Of a stretch of 64,000 nt of DNA, positions 11,100-20,991 are shown piece by piece (within the stretch, counting starts at the first letter, position 1; the number at the start of each line of letters is the position of its first letter). The translations under genes and the position numbers were made by a program. The stretch comes from Sedimentisphaerales bacterium (GTDB lineage: Bacteria > Planctomycetota > Phycisphaerae > Sedimentisphaerales > SM23-30): assembly GCA_963663965.2 (NCBI GenBank), contig CAXXFK010000018.1:1-64000 (forward strand). Reading direction: 5' to 3'. A model generated the notes under the pieces. That model was given only the letters and a program-made list of their open reading frames with translations. It had not been told where the DNA came from and made no database searches.

Positions 11100-11360
11100 T
11101 TAAGCAGATTCCTGTGGCTGCCAGTCGCGTTTGGGCGGTTTGACTACCAGACCGTCGCGAATTGCTTTAGTAGACACTCGAATGCGGACAATCTTGCCAT
11201 CAACCAGGGCGCGAACCTTCTGGATATTGGGTTTGAACTTCCGCTTGGTAATACCAGTTACCTTGCGGCCTACACCACCCAGATACTTCGCTTTACCGCG
11301 TCGTGCTATACTGCGGCCAAAACGGGTCTTTTTGCCGGTAAAGAAACATTCACGTGCCAT
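11100..11360 (-). CDS. rpmB: 50S ribosomal protein L28
   Basis: MARECFFTGKKTRFGRSI..TKRKFKPNIQ..RVSTKAIR, with the insert GKAKYLGGVG typical of the PVC-group form. Confidence 0.95.
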   Translation of the reverse strand: MARECFFTGKKTRFGRSIARRGKAKYLGGVGRKVTGITKRKFKPNIQKVRALVDGKIVRIRVSTKAIRDGLVVKPPKRDWQPQESA

Positions 11361-11403
11361 ATCGTTAATCTCCTTGAATCTTCAAATTCTATAAAGAAAG
11401 GCC

Positions 11404-11431
11404 ATTATATCGGGTGATCGATTATTTTCAA
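11404..11431 (-). promoter_or_regulatory. Sigma70-type promoter candidate for rpmB
   Basis: Minus strand TTGAAA-N16-TATAAT, 44 nt upstream of the start. Confidence 0.5.
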
Positions 11432-11677
11432 GTGGTTTTTAAGGTCTTTTCAGCAGGAGAAGAATTAATTTTAATTAACTTATTTGTCTATAAATAGATA
11501 GGATGCTTTTGATTTTGTTGCCATTTATTGGCAATGTCGAATAAGTTGAAGCGTTATATTTCGTAACTACTTTTTAATCAATATCTTATAGGATGTAAAC
11601 TTTTCTCTGTGACCCGATGCAAAACTTATGTAAAAACCGAGAATTTAAGTGAAAAAAATCGGTAATTGGATAAAAAA

Positions 11678-11706
11678 TTGCAAATAAAGTAATAATGCGT
11701 TACCAT
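11678..11706 (+). promoter_or_regulatory. Sigma70-type promoter candidate for the ECF sigma gene
   Basis: TTGCAA-N17-TACCAT ending 14 nt before ATG 11721. Confidence 0.35.
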
Positions 11707-11720
11707 TTTCCGTTTACATT

Positions 11721-12299
11721 ATGAAGGATGAACATAAAAAAGCCGATGTGCTTGAGGAGATGCTGGCCCGCTGCCAACAAGGCGACCGGTCAGCGTTTAC
11801 TTGGCTTTTAGAGCAGTATGGCCAGCGAGTGTACTGGTTTTACGTCCGGCTCAGCGGCTCGACCCAGGAGGCAGAGGATCTGCTTCAGGATCTGTTCGTT
11901 CGGCTCATTGAAAAAATAGAAAGATACAAACACGATGGCCGGTTTGAAAGCTGGCTGTTTCGCGTTGCGGCCAATCTGGCCCGTGATCATGCCCGCAAAC
12001 GCAGTCGAATGACGGTCTTTCAGAGTTCCGGAGAAGATGATTTCGACTTCGAAGATACGCTGATCGCGGAAACGGGCGATCCGGTTGAAACCGTTATCGG
12101 CAGTGAAATGGCCGATAAACTCCAGGTTGCCCTGAAGAAGCTTTCCCAGAACGAACGCGAAATGGTAATTATGCGGCATTACGGCCAGTTGAGTTTTAAG
12201 GAAATCGCTGAGCATTTTAATGTCCCCTTAGGAACGGCGCTTGCAAAGGTGCATAGAGCATTAAAGAAGTTGAGAGGTATGATTGAAGATGAAACCTGA
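11721..12299 (+). CDS. ECF RNA polymerase sigma-70 factor
   Basis: Region 2 (AEDLLQDLF..FESWLFRVAANLARD) and region 4 (LSFKEIAEHFNVPLGTALAKVHRA). Confidence 0.93.
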   Translation: MKDEHKKADVLEEMLARCQQGDRSAFTWLLEQYGQRVYWFYVRLSGSTQEAEDLLQDLFVRLIEKIERYKHDGRFESWLFRVAANLARDHARKRSRMTVFQSSGEDDFDFEDTLIAETGDPVETVIGSEMADKLQVALKKLSQNEREMVIMRHYGQLSFKEIAEHFNVPLGTALAKVHRALKKLRGMIEDET

Positions 12300-12816
12300 A
12301 AACGAATTACAAAAAATTTTGAATGAGTTGAAAATCGAGCCAGACGAGGCCCGCGAAATAAAGAATGATATCGAATCTGCCGACCGGATCTGGAATCGGA
12401 TGGATAATGGTCAGGTGCCCGACGGCCTCTTCACCCGTATCGAAAGCGAAATGGTCCATAAGCTGACACGGCGTCGTATCGCCCATATCCGCTTGTTCCG
12501 GATGGTTGCTGCCGCCGCCTGCCTGATTGTGATATTGGGAGCGGTCTTATATCAGCTGAATCTGGCGGGCCAGAAAAATCAATCTCCCAAAGTGGAAACG
12601 ATTGTCCAGAATCCTCCGGAAAAACCCGAGGTGGTTGTCGATGACAATCTTCATTATGAATTGAAATACTGGCAGGAGAGCCGTCAGAATATTTACAACA
12701 ATATGACCCGGCCCGCTGCCATTGAAGAAAAAAAACCGGAACAACCGCCGCAAAACGAAGTGGAACTCAAAAAGGATGAAAGCGTCGGGGTGGTGATCTG
12801 TAATTCCATCGCTTAA
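12283..12816 (+). CDS. Putative membrane-bound anti-sigma factor
   Basis: Overlaps the ECF sigma stop and has a single TM helix starting AAAACLIVIL. Confidence 0.65.
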   Translation: MKMKPENELQKILNELKIEPDEAREIKNDIESADRIWNRMDNGQVPDGLFTRIESEMVHKLTRRRIAHIRLFRMVAAAACLIVILGAVLYQLNLAGQKNQSPKVETIVQNPPEKPEVVVDDNLHYELKYWQESRQNIYNNMTRPAAIEEKKPEQPPQNEVELKKDESVGVVICNSIA

Positions 12817-12845
12817 TTTTCCCTTTGACCATCGATAGCATAACG

Positions 12846-12875
12846 GGCACGATACAGTATATCGTGCCTTTTTTT
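12846..12875 (+). terminator. Rho-independent terminator
   Basis: GGCACGATA-CAGTA-TATCGTGCC followed by T7. Confidence 0.8.
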
Positions 12876-12902
12876 ATGGATCCGCATTAACAAGGTTTCG
12901 TC

Positions 12903-14792
12903 ATGAAAAAATCATTCGCGTTTCTGATCTCGGTTTTGGTTTGTTGCCAGTTTATATCAGGGATTCAGGCTGAAACACCCTTTTCCTCTGAACGTCAACA
13001 GCAGATTGCCAATATGTTGCCGCCGAAACCCGCCGGGCCCGGCCAACCCGCCACGCGCAGCGAAGCCTGGCTGGCTATCGCCAAAGCCGATTATGCCGAC
13101 GCGATTCTGGCCGAGGCCCGCCGGGCCATGAATGCCGAACCTCCGGTTCTGCCCGATGACCTCTTTCTGGAATTCAGCCGCAATGGCAATCGCGCTAACT
13201 ATGAACGTCCCTATTCCGATATCCAGACTCGCCTGGTTTCGCTGGTCCTGGCGGAATGTGTTGAGTACCAGGGCCGCTTCCTGCCCGCTATCGATAAATA
13301 TGTCCAGGCCATATGTAACCTCCGCTGCTGGACTATGCCCGCCCATGACCGGAATCTGGATGGTTTTAATGGCAAACTGCAGATTGTCGATCTGGGCAGT
13401 TCCCGCATCGGCTGGACGCTGGCCTGCTGTGAATATCTGCTGTCAGATAAGCTGGCCCCTGAAACGCGCCGGCTCATCCATGACCAGGTTATGCGTCGTA
13501 TTCTGAACCCCATGCGTGATGAAATCGAAGGCCGGCTCAAACCGCAATGGTGGTTTACCACGACCAACAACTGGAACGCCGTGTGCCTGGCCAATGTCAC
13601 CGGTACGGCGCTCACCCTGCTGGACCAGCCGCAGGACCGCGCCTTTTTCGTCGCCACGGCCGAATATTATATCAGAAATTTTCTCAAAGGCTTCGGCGCC
13701 GATGGCTATTGCACCGAAGGAGTGGGCTATTGGAATTATGGCTACGGCCATTTCATCATTCTGGCCGAAACCCTCCTGCAGGCCACCCAGGGCCAGATCA
13801 ATTTATTTCAATCGGATCGCGCCCGCAGCGCCGCGCTTTATGGCCGGGATATTTTTATTACGCCATCGATCTGCCCGGCATTTTCCGATTGTTCGATTGG
13901 CTCATGCCCCGATACTCTGTGGCGTTATTATCTCCAGAACCGTCTGGGAGTTCCCATGGGAATCAAACAGGCCCCGGCTCCCAATCGACGGGATTTGCCC
14001 GCGTTTTTATTATTCGCGTTTGATCCCTGGCCCTGGCCAACGAATCCGGCCCAGACTTCGGATTACCAGGGTTTGCCTTTGCGGACCTGGTTTGAGTCAT
14101 CAGGCATTTTAATACTCCGGCCTGGTCCCGAGGCGAACCAGACCAGACTGGCCGCCGCCCTCAAAGGCGGCAATAATGATGAACACCATAATCACAACGA
14201 TGTCGGTTCCTGGCTGCTCACTAGCAACGACACGCTCATGCTGGCCGATCCCGGCTCCGAAATCTATACCTCCCGCACGTTCAGTTCACACCGATACGAC
14301 AGCAAGGCGCTCAATTCCTACGGCCATCCGGTGCCCCGCGTCGCCGGCCAGTTACAGAAAACCGGTTCCAGTGCCCGCGGGGTCGTGCTCGATTATCAAT
14401 CCGGCCCGGTCTCTGAAACCATCCTCTTTAATATCAAATCTGCCTACAATGTTCCATCGCTGAAAACGCTGACCCGGCAATTCACCTATCACCGTTCCAA
14501 TCCCGGTTCGTTTGCCATCCAGGATCAGGCCGCGTTCTCGCAACCCGAGCCTTTCGAAACCGCATTGGTTACCTTCGGCAGCGTCAAAAAGCTCTCAGGC
14601 AATCGCCTTGAGATTACCGTCGATAAAGAAACCGTTTATGTCACCATCGAATCGCCCCAGCCCTTTAAACTCTCAACGGAAACCATTGAAGAAAATTTCC
14701 GCACCCGCAGTAAACCCACCCGGATCGCTATTACTCTGGTTGATCCGGTGATCGAGGCGGATATCACCGTCCGGGTAAGCGCCTCAAACTGA
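12903..14792 (+). CDS. Secreted heparinase II/III-family polysaccharide lyase-like protein
   Basis: Signal peptide; NNWNAVC, DGYCTEGVGYWNYG, HHNHNDVGS, LADPG and GHPVP motifs. Confidence 0.82.
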   Translation: MKKSFAFLISVLVCCQFISGIQAETPFSSERQQQIANMLPPKPAGPGQPATRSEAWLAIAKADYADAILAEARRAMNAEPPVLPDDLFLEFSRNGNRANYERPYSDIQTRLVSLVLAECVEYQGRFLPAIDKYVQAICNLRCWTMPAHDRNLDGFNGKLQIVDLGSSRIGWTLACCEYLLSDKLAPETRRLIHDQVMRRILNPMRDEIEGRLKPQWWFTTTNNWNAVCLANVTGTALTLLDQPQDRAFFVATAEYYIRNFLKGFGADGYCTEGVGYWNYGYGHFIILAETLLQATQGQINLFQSDRARSAALYGRDIFITPSICPAFSDCSIGSCPDTLWRYYLQNRLGVPMGIKQAPAPNRRDLPAFLLFAFDPWPWPTNPAQTSDYQGLPLRTWFESSGILILRPGPEANQTRLAAALKGGNNDEHHNHNDVGSWLLTSNDTLMLADPGSEIYTSRTFSSHRYDSKALNSYGHPVPRVAGQLQKTGSSARGVVLDYQSGPVSETILFNIKSAYNVPSLKTLTRQFTYHRSNPGSFAIQDQAAFSQPEPFETALVTFGSVKKLSGNRLEITVDKETVYVTIESPQPFKLSTETIEENFRTRSKPTRIAITLVDPVIEADITVRVSASN

Positions 14793-14882
14793 ATGCTGGC
14801 GTGCAGGAGAGATCATTGCTAATCCCTTGTGGTTGACTATTGCAGCCCTGAATGAAGGGTTGGAGGTTCCCTTTTAATTTTT

Positions 14883-16347
14883 GTAACAATTCACACTTTT
14901 TTTAAAAATAACAAGAAAAAAGATTGCGCCCTGCACAACCATCTGTTATACCAAAAGTTATGGATGACAAAGATATTGTTATAGCGCAGCTGCTCCAAGA
15001 GGTCGCTTCCTTACGCGAAGAAGTAAGGCAGCTCAAAGAAGAAATTGCTCGGCTCAAGAAAGATTCGAGCAATTCGTCCAAGCCGCCCTCAAGTGATATT
15101 GTCAAACCCAAGAGGCCTTCCGCTAAGGCTAGTCGCAAAAAACGCAACCGGGGTGGCCAGCATGGGCATAAAAAGTTTTCGCGTCAACCGTTTGAAGAAG
15201 TTGACCACACATTTGAATACGAGTTGGCAGACAAAGACGCCGTGGGCCTTAAGCCTCTGGATGCCTGGTTTGTCATTCAACAAATCGGATTGCCGGAGAA
15301 AATGTACCAGGTGATTGAGCATCGAGCCAGAAAGTACCGAAACCCTGTGACAGGAAAGGTCCAGATCACCCCCTTGCCGAACGAGATTCGTAAAGGGGGA
15401 TTGCTGGGTGCGGACCTGACGGCGTTGGTGTCCTATTTGAAAGGCGCCTGCCATATGTCGTATAGCACCATTCAGGGTTTTTTCCAGCAGGTGATGAAGC
15501 TGGAGGTTTCTCGCGGCATGCTTGGCAAGGCGGTTCAGAAGGGATCGAGCGCCTTGGGCCGATCGTATGATGAACTGGCCGACCGATTGCCGAACGAACC
15601 GCAGGTCAATATCGATGAGACAGGCCATCATGACAATGGCAAGCTGCATTGGACCTGGTGTTTTGATACCGGCGCCTACAGTTTGTTTAAGATTGATCCG
15701 TCGCGCGGCAGCGGCGTGCTGGAAACCATGCTTGGTAAAACCTTTGCCGGGATCATTGGGGCCGATTACTGGGGCGCCTATCGCAAGTATGCCCGGTTGT
15801 TTGGTGTTCGTGTTCAGTATTGCATGGCTCACTTGATTCGAGACGTTCGTTTTCTGGCCGAGCATAGCGTGCCCGCACTGTCTCGCTGGGGAACAAAATT
15901 GCTGGCATGGCTCAAAAAACTGTTTGACACCCTGCATCGGCGAGACGCCTTGACGCCACCGGGCTGGTTGCGTTCGATGGCGCGCCTCAAAACCGGCTTT
16001 TTGAAGCAAATGCGAAGGCCGCCGAATCACAAACTGGCCCAGAAACTGGCCAAACGATTTAAGGGCAATGCTGCAACCGATTACTTCCGATTTTTGACGG
16101 AGCCGGCTGTCGAACCCACCAATAATGGCACGGAGCGCCAAATTCGCACCGTGGTGATTGACCGACGGATCACGCAAGGAACGCGCGGCCAGGCAGGCAT
16201 GCGCTGGTGCGAACGCATCTGGACAACAATAGCAACCTGCAAAAAACAGCGTCAGAATGTCCTTGATTTTATCCATGAATCGATTATTGCTCATTGGAGC
16301 AACATAAAATATCCATCGTTAATCTGTCAGAATGTGTGAACGGTTAC
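14883..16347 (+). mobile_element. IS66-family insertion sequence (single-ORF, ISBst12-like)
   Basis: Terminal inverted repeats GTAACAATTCACAC / GTGTGAACGGTTAC and an 8-bp direct repeat TAATTTTT at 14875-14882 and 16348-16355. Confidence 0.93.
14960..16339 (+). CDS. IS66-family DDE transposase
   Basis: Coiled coil, SSNSSKPPSSD, GGQHGH, IDETG, QYCMAHLIRD and PTNNGTERQIR motifs. Confidence 0.95.
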   Translation: MDDKDIVIAQLLQEVASLREEVRQLKEEIARLKKDSSNSSKPPSSDIVKPKRPSAKASRKKRNRGGQHGHKKFSRQPFEEVDHTFEYELADKDAVGLKPLDAWFVIQQIGLPEKMYQVIEHRARKYRNPVTGKVQITPLPNEIRKGGLLGADLTALVSYLKGACHMSYSTIQGFFQQVMKLEVSRGMLGKAVQKGSSALGRSYDELADRLPNEPQVNIDETGHHDNGKLHWTWCFDTGAYSLFKIDPSRGSGVLETMLGKTFAGIIGADYWGAYRKYARLFGVRVQYCMAHLIRDVRFLAEHSVPALSRWGTKLLAWLKKLFDTLHRRDALTPPGWLRSMARLKTGFLKQMRRPPNHKLAQKLAKRFKGNAATDYFRFLTEPAVEPTNNGTERQIRTVVIDRRITQGTRGQAGMRWCERIWTTIATCKKQRQNVLDFIHESIIAHWSNIKYPSLICQNV

Positions 16348-16403
16348 TAATTTTTCATATCATTAAACGGGATTACATTGAAAATGAAAGGATGTAGAAA
16401 GTT

Positions 16404-18578
16404 ATGTCAGGTAGACTTCTTTTCAGTCTTGTTTTTCTTTTAATGAGTTTTCAGTCATACCAGGCCGCTGCCGGGCAGGTTGAGCAGGTGGCGTCAGGTG
16501 TATGGCGGATACGTTTTGGTCAGCCGGAATCTTTTACGCCTGACCAGTTTCGCGAAAAGGCAATTCGCACAGATTCACTGAAAAGTTTACCGGCGCCGGG
16601 TAAGTTGCCGTTTCCGTTGGAGGAAATTCAATGTCAGATCAAACCGGCCCGGACAGTTGTTTATATCCCATGCAATGAACCGGCCGACCAGATCTACGGA
16701 TTTGGGCTGGATAGTGGCGCTTTTGAGCAGAAAGGCCTGCGAAAATTCCTGACAGTGAGTGCCCAGTCGGTCGGTCGGACAGGCAGCAGCCATGGGCCCG
16801 TTCCTTTCTATGTCAGCACCAGGGGCTACGGGGTTTATGTGGATACCGCCCGGGTGCCTTTTGTACATGTGGCCCGTCTGAGTCCTGCCGGGGCTTTAAC
16901 CAGACAACAGCCCGGTGAATCCGCTTCAGATCAATCATCGATCAAAACCTCGGTGGAAGAACTTTATGCCGCCCGGGCAGCCGTTGGCCGAACCGAAGTC
17001 GTTTTTGATTTGCCCGGCGCCACCGGGGTTGATGTTTACCTCTTTGCGGGGCCCGGCATGAAAGAAGCGGTCCAGCGTTACAATTTGTTTTCCGGCGGCG
17101 GTGTTGTTCCTCCCTTGTGGGGATTAGGGATGAAATATCGCAATTATACCCGCGGGGACAGGAATACCGTCATGGCGGTTGCGAAATCGCTGCGCCAGTT
17201 TGGAATCCCATGTGATATGATCGGATTGGAACCGGGATGGCAGACCAATGCCTATTCCTGTTCGCTTAAATGGTCCGATGAACGGTTTCCTGAACATGAT
17301 GTTTTTGTTGATGAGCTGGTCGATATGGGCTATCGCGTCAATCTGTGGGAGCATGCCTACATCCATCCCAGTTCTCCCATATTTGATCCACTCAAGGATA
17401 AATGTGGGGATTTTGTGGTCTGGGGCGGCTTGGTGGTTGATTTTGCCGATCCGAAGGCCTTCAATATCTTTTCCGACTATCATGGAAAAACATTCATCGA
17501 TCGGGGTATTACGGGCTTCAAGGCCGATGAGTGTGATCGGGAGTTTATCGATAATGTCACCCCGTTTAACTATCCCTATTGTTCCACATTCCGCTCGGGT
17601 ATCGATGGCGATCAGATGACCCAGTTGTATGGATTTTTGTACCAGCGCAGTATCTTGCGGGCTTTCAAGGCGCGTAATCTTCGTACCTGGAGCGATGTAC
17701 GGGCGACCTGCGGTTTGGCGTCTCCGCTGCCGTTTGTTCTGTATAGTGATTCGTATGGTTTTAATGAGTATCTCCGTCAGCTCGTTAACGCCTCCTTCAC
17801 GGGTTTGTTATGGTCGCCGGAAGTGCGTGAGGCCGGTTCGCTGGATGAATTGCTGAACCGTGTTGCCATGTCTTCATTTGCCCATCAGATGTGCCTGAAT
17901 CCCTGGTTTGTTCCGAATCCATTATGGACACAATATGACCGGGGAAAAAATGAGCGTAATGAATTGCTGGATGAAGCGAATCAAAAAAGTGTGGCGGAGG
18001 CATTCGCTGAAATAATTAATCGGCGTATGAGTCTGATTCCCTATCTGTATGCGGCCTATTATGAGTACTACCTGAAAGGACTTCCCCCGCTTCGTGCCTT
18101 GTTGATGGATTTCCCTGATGATAAGAATTTGCGAAAAGTGGATGATGCCTTCATGTTTGGCGAATCGCTGCTGGTTGCCCCATTAAAAGGCAGGGATAAA
18201 CAGCGCACGGTCTATCTCCCTGCCGGGCGTCGCTGGTACGATCTGAATGCCGAAACCTGGCTGGAAGGTGGAAAGGAAATCAAAGTGACTCTGGAACCGG
18301 GCGAGGTGCCGGTTTTTGTCAGGGAAAATTCAATCGTACCTTTTGCCCGGCCGCTAGAGTATGTGGCAGATGATACGGTGTTTGAACTAACCGTCAAGGT
18401 CTTTGGAAATGCTCCCGAAGCGTTTACGCTCTATGCTGACGATGGCGTGACCTGGGATTTCGAGAAAGGACAGTATAGCCGGATTAAACTGAGTTGGAAA
18501 GACGGCCAGGGCACGGTTCAGGAGAATGGCTCATACCAGAAAAAGCGTTATGAAGTCATTCGCTGGGAACAGAAATAA
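16404..18578 (+). CDS. Glycoside hydrolase family 31 (alpha-glucosidase/xylosidase-like), secreted
   Basis: VPFYVSTRGYGVY, PPLWGLG, GFKADECD (nucleophile region), RMSLIPYLY, FMFGESLLVAP and VYLPAG motifs. Confidence 0.9.
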   Translation: MSGRLLFSLVFLLMSFQSYQAAAGQVEQVASGVWRIRFGQPESFTPDQFREKAIRTDSLKSLPAPGKLPFPLEEIQCQIKPARTVVYIPCNEPADQIYGFGLDSGAFEQKGLRKFLTVSAQSVGRTGSSHGPVPFYVSTRGYGVYVDTARVPFVHVARLSPAGALTRQQPGESASDQSSIKTSVEELYAARAAVGRTEVVFDLPGATGVDVYLFAGPGMKEAVQRYNLFSGGGVVPPLWGLGMKYRNYTRGDRNTVMAVAKSLRQFGIPCDMIGLEPGWQTNAYSCSLKWSDERFPEHDVFVDELVDMGYRVNLWEHAYIHPSSPIFDPLKDKCGDFVVWGGLVVDFADPKAFNIFSDYHGKTFIDRGITGFKADECDREFIDNVTPFNYPYCSTFRSGIDGDQMTQLYGFLYQRSILRAFKARNLRTWSDVRATCGLASPLPFVLYSDSYGFNEYLRQLVNASFTGLLWSPEVREAGSLDELLNRVAMSSFAHQMCLNPWFVPNPLWTQYDRGKNERNELLDEANQKSVAEAFAEIINRRMSLIPYLYAAYYEYYLKGLPPLRALLMDFPDDKNLRKVDDAFMFGESLLVAPLKGRDKQRTVYLPAGRRWYDLNAETWLEGGKEIKVTLEPGEVPVFVRENSIVPFARPLEYVADDTVFELTVKVFGNAPEAFTLYADDGVTWDFEKGQYSRIKLSWKDGQGTVQENGSYQKKRYEVIRWEQK

Positions 18579-18609
18579 TATGAAGATTAGAAAATACCAA
18601 TTATATTAA

Positions 18610-18789
18610 GAGTGCCTAACAAAATGATTTTTTGTAGCGAGACCGGGCGAAAAAGTGGTCAGCAAGGCCGCAGGGGTCAAGCACCCGCAGGCAACCCTTC
18701 TATGGGTTGTCGAGGATGATTGGCCTCGAGAACGCAGATGACGACTTTTGCAGCCGGTCGCAGTAGAAAATTCATTTTGTTAGGTGCTC
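18610..18789. mobile_element. 180-bp non-autonomous MITE-like element
   Basis: Ends GAGTGCCTAACAAAATGA / TCATTTTGTTAGGTGCTC (16/18 inverted match), imperfect pairing continuing inward, TAA on both flanks (18607-09, 18790-92), no ORF. Confidence 0.75.
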
Positions 18790-18882
18790 TAAATAAAACC
18801 TTGTATCAACCAGGGCAACCTTCCCTGTTTTTAAAAACTTATATTTTCAGGTTAAACTGCTTTGTCACGTTCATGTAATACC

Positions 18883-19458
18883 ATGCTCAAACGTCCCGGC
18901 GCCGGGTTGCCCTGGTTCGAGATCCTGCCGGCCCGTCTGTTTTTTGCGGGTTATCGCCGCTTCATGCCATTGAGCGCGGTGAATGCCCGATTCAAACATG
19001 AGGGTGAAACGATCCTGCGACTGGCGCAAACCGTCGATAGTGAAACAGGCTGTCGACCGGTTCTGGTACGCCGGGTCTTTGGGATCGAAGACAGCAGCCG
19101 CCAATGGTCCGTATACATGTTGTTGCATCATCTGGTGATCGTCGACCAGGGCATGATGGCCGTAATCGAGTCGTTATGCGCCGGCCGGCCCTTCGAGCAG
19201 CAAATCAAAATTGAACAGGTCAAGCCCGATCCCGCCACCGGCCCGGAAATCGTCGATTCCTATCGCCAAACCCAAGCAGATTATCAGGCGACGCTCACCC
19301 GCCTGAGTCCATTAAAGTCCGCCCAGACCCACGATCACCCCTGGTTTGGCCCCATGAATGCCCGTGCCTGGCACGGTCTGGCGGCGATCCATCATACCAT
19401 CCATCGTCGGCAGTTACAGGCCATCCTGTCACAACTGGCTCTGAACTCGCCCAGTTAA
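18883..19458 (+). CDS. DinB-family protein
   Basis: WSVYMLLHHL..HDHPWFGPMNARAW..HHTIHRRQ histidine pattern of the DinB/YfiT fold. Confidence 0.8.
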   Translation: MLKRPGAGLPWFEILPARLFFAGYRRFMPLSAVNARFKHEGETILRLAQTVDSETGCRPVLVRRVFGIEDSSRQWSVYMLLHHLVIVDQGMMAVIESLCAGRPFEQQIKIEQVKPDPATGPEIVDSYRQTQADYQATLTRLSPLKSAQTHDHPWFGPMNARAWHGLAAIHHTIHRRQLQAILSQLALNSPS

Positions 19459-20813
19459 ACCGTATCCGGATGAGGATGAACCCAGGGTTCCCGATAGGGC
19501 CGTGCCAGCAGAGCGTTGGCCCGCTTATCATCAATCAAAGCCCCAACCCCGGGATCCCACGCCAGGGTGCGTTGGACTTGCTGCGATACATTGGCCAGGA
19601 TACAGCAGGCGCTGGAGATAAAGCCCTGTTCGATATCGGCAATCGGTTTGCTGCGATTGTCGACAGCCTTCAGAAAATTCTTCCAGTGGGCCCGCATGGC
19701 CGGCGCGACATGCCGTTCCAGGTCCTTTTCCGTTTTGTCTTCGGGATATTGTTCAAATTCGTATGTCACATCTTGATGGACCGTTTCGCCGCCATCGCGT
19801 GGAATAAAGTCATAGCGCATCACGCTGAGCTTGAGCGTGCCCTGATCGCCATAGATCGTCGCGCCCCAGGGATAATCCGGATCCACCGCATGCCCCCAGG
19901 TTCGATGCTGCCAGACCACCGACAGATTCTGATCCGGATAGTTGAAAGTGGCGGTCTGGGTATCGGTAATATTGGAAATGCTGTCTTTATCGATATAGAT
20001 ACCGCCGCTGGAACTGATCGTCCCCGGCCAGCCCAGGTTGAGCATCCAGCGGATCATATCGAACATATGGATACACATATCGCCCATAATCCCATTGCCG
20101 TACTCCATGTACGCCCGCCAGCGCCGTGGATGAATCTGGGAATTGTACGGCCGCATGGGGGCCGGACCGGTCCACATGTCATAATCGAAATATGCCGGGG
20201 GTGTCTGCGTTGGCGGATTGCCACGGGCCCGCATATGATAATAGGAATAGATCTCCACGTGTCCGATTTTACCCAGTTTCCCGGTGTTGATAAATTTGTC
20301 ACGCGCCTCGATAAGGTGAGGGGTGCTGCGCCGCTGCGTATTCACCTGCACCACCCGGCCATACTTGCGGGCCGCCGCCACCATCGCCTGTCCCTCAACC
20401 ACATCGGTACTGATCGGTTTTTCCACATAGACATCCGCCCCGGCCTTAACCGCCGCGATCATAGCCAGCGCGTGCCAGTGATCCGGCGTCGAGACCTGAA
20501 CGATATCCAGCTTCTCATCTTTGAGCATCTGGCGATAATCGCCGTACAGGGCCGGTGTCTTGCCCGATTTCTGCCGCGAGGCGACAATCTTCCCCGCTTC
20601 TTCAAGCATATTGCGGTCCACATCGCAAAGGGCCACCACTTCAGCCGGTTCGACCTGAAGTAAACGTAGCAGGGCCGCTTTGCCATACCACCCGCACCCG
20701 ATCAATCCCACCCGGCGCGCCTGACCCGAAGCGCCCAGGCTCATAGCAGGCTGCATCGCAGACAAAACCAGTCCGGTTCCGGCACTCTTTAAAAATGTGC
20801 GACGATTCATCAT
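19455..20813 (-). CDS. Tat-exported Gfo/Idh/MocA oxidoreductase
   Basis: MNRRTFLK twin-arginine signal, VGLIGCGWYG, TPDHWHA, VYVEKP and DMCIHMFD motifs. Confidence 0.92.
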   Translation of the reverse strand: MMNRRTFLKSAGTGLVLSAMQPAMSLGASGQARRVGLIGCGWYGKAALLRLLQVEPAEVVALCDVDRNMLEEAGKIVASRQKSGKTPALYGDYRQMLKDEKLDIVQVSTPDHWHALAMIAAVKAGADVYVEKPISTDVVEGQAMVAAARKYGRVVQVNTQRRSTPHLIEARDKFINTGKLGKIGHVEIYSYYHMRARGNPPTQTPPAYFDYDMWTGPAPMRPYNSQIHPRRWRAYMEYGNGIMGDMCIHMFDMIRWMLNLGWPGTISSSGGIYIDKDSISNITDTQTATFNYPDQNLSVVWQHRTWGHAVDPDYPWGATIYGDQGTLKLSVMRYDFIPRDGGETVHQDVTYEFEQYPEDKTEKDLERHVAPAMRAHWKNFLKAVDNRSKPIADIEQGFISSACCILANVSQQVQRTLAWDPGVGALIDDKRANALLARPYREPWVHPHPDTV

Positions 20814-20991
20814 AAGCCTCCAGAATAAGTAGCATGGGCATCCAGCCCATGAATAGAGTTTGGCGCATTGACGCATGGTATTATAACAAACAGTTAATAT
20901 TATTTTATTGACATCTCCCTAATATCAACATAAATCTGGGAAGATTAATTGCATTATCAATATAAATTTTGGACAGGAGTGAGGCTTTACC

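Noticed and set aside
15089..16294. 401-aa minus-strand ORF
   Set aside because: Antisense shadow of the IS66 transposase with no motifs.
19470..20663. 397-aa plus-strand ORF
   Set aside because: Antisense shadow of the Gfo/Idh/MocA gene.
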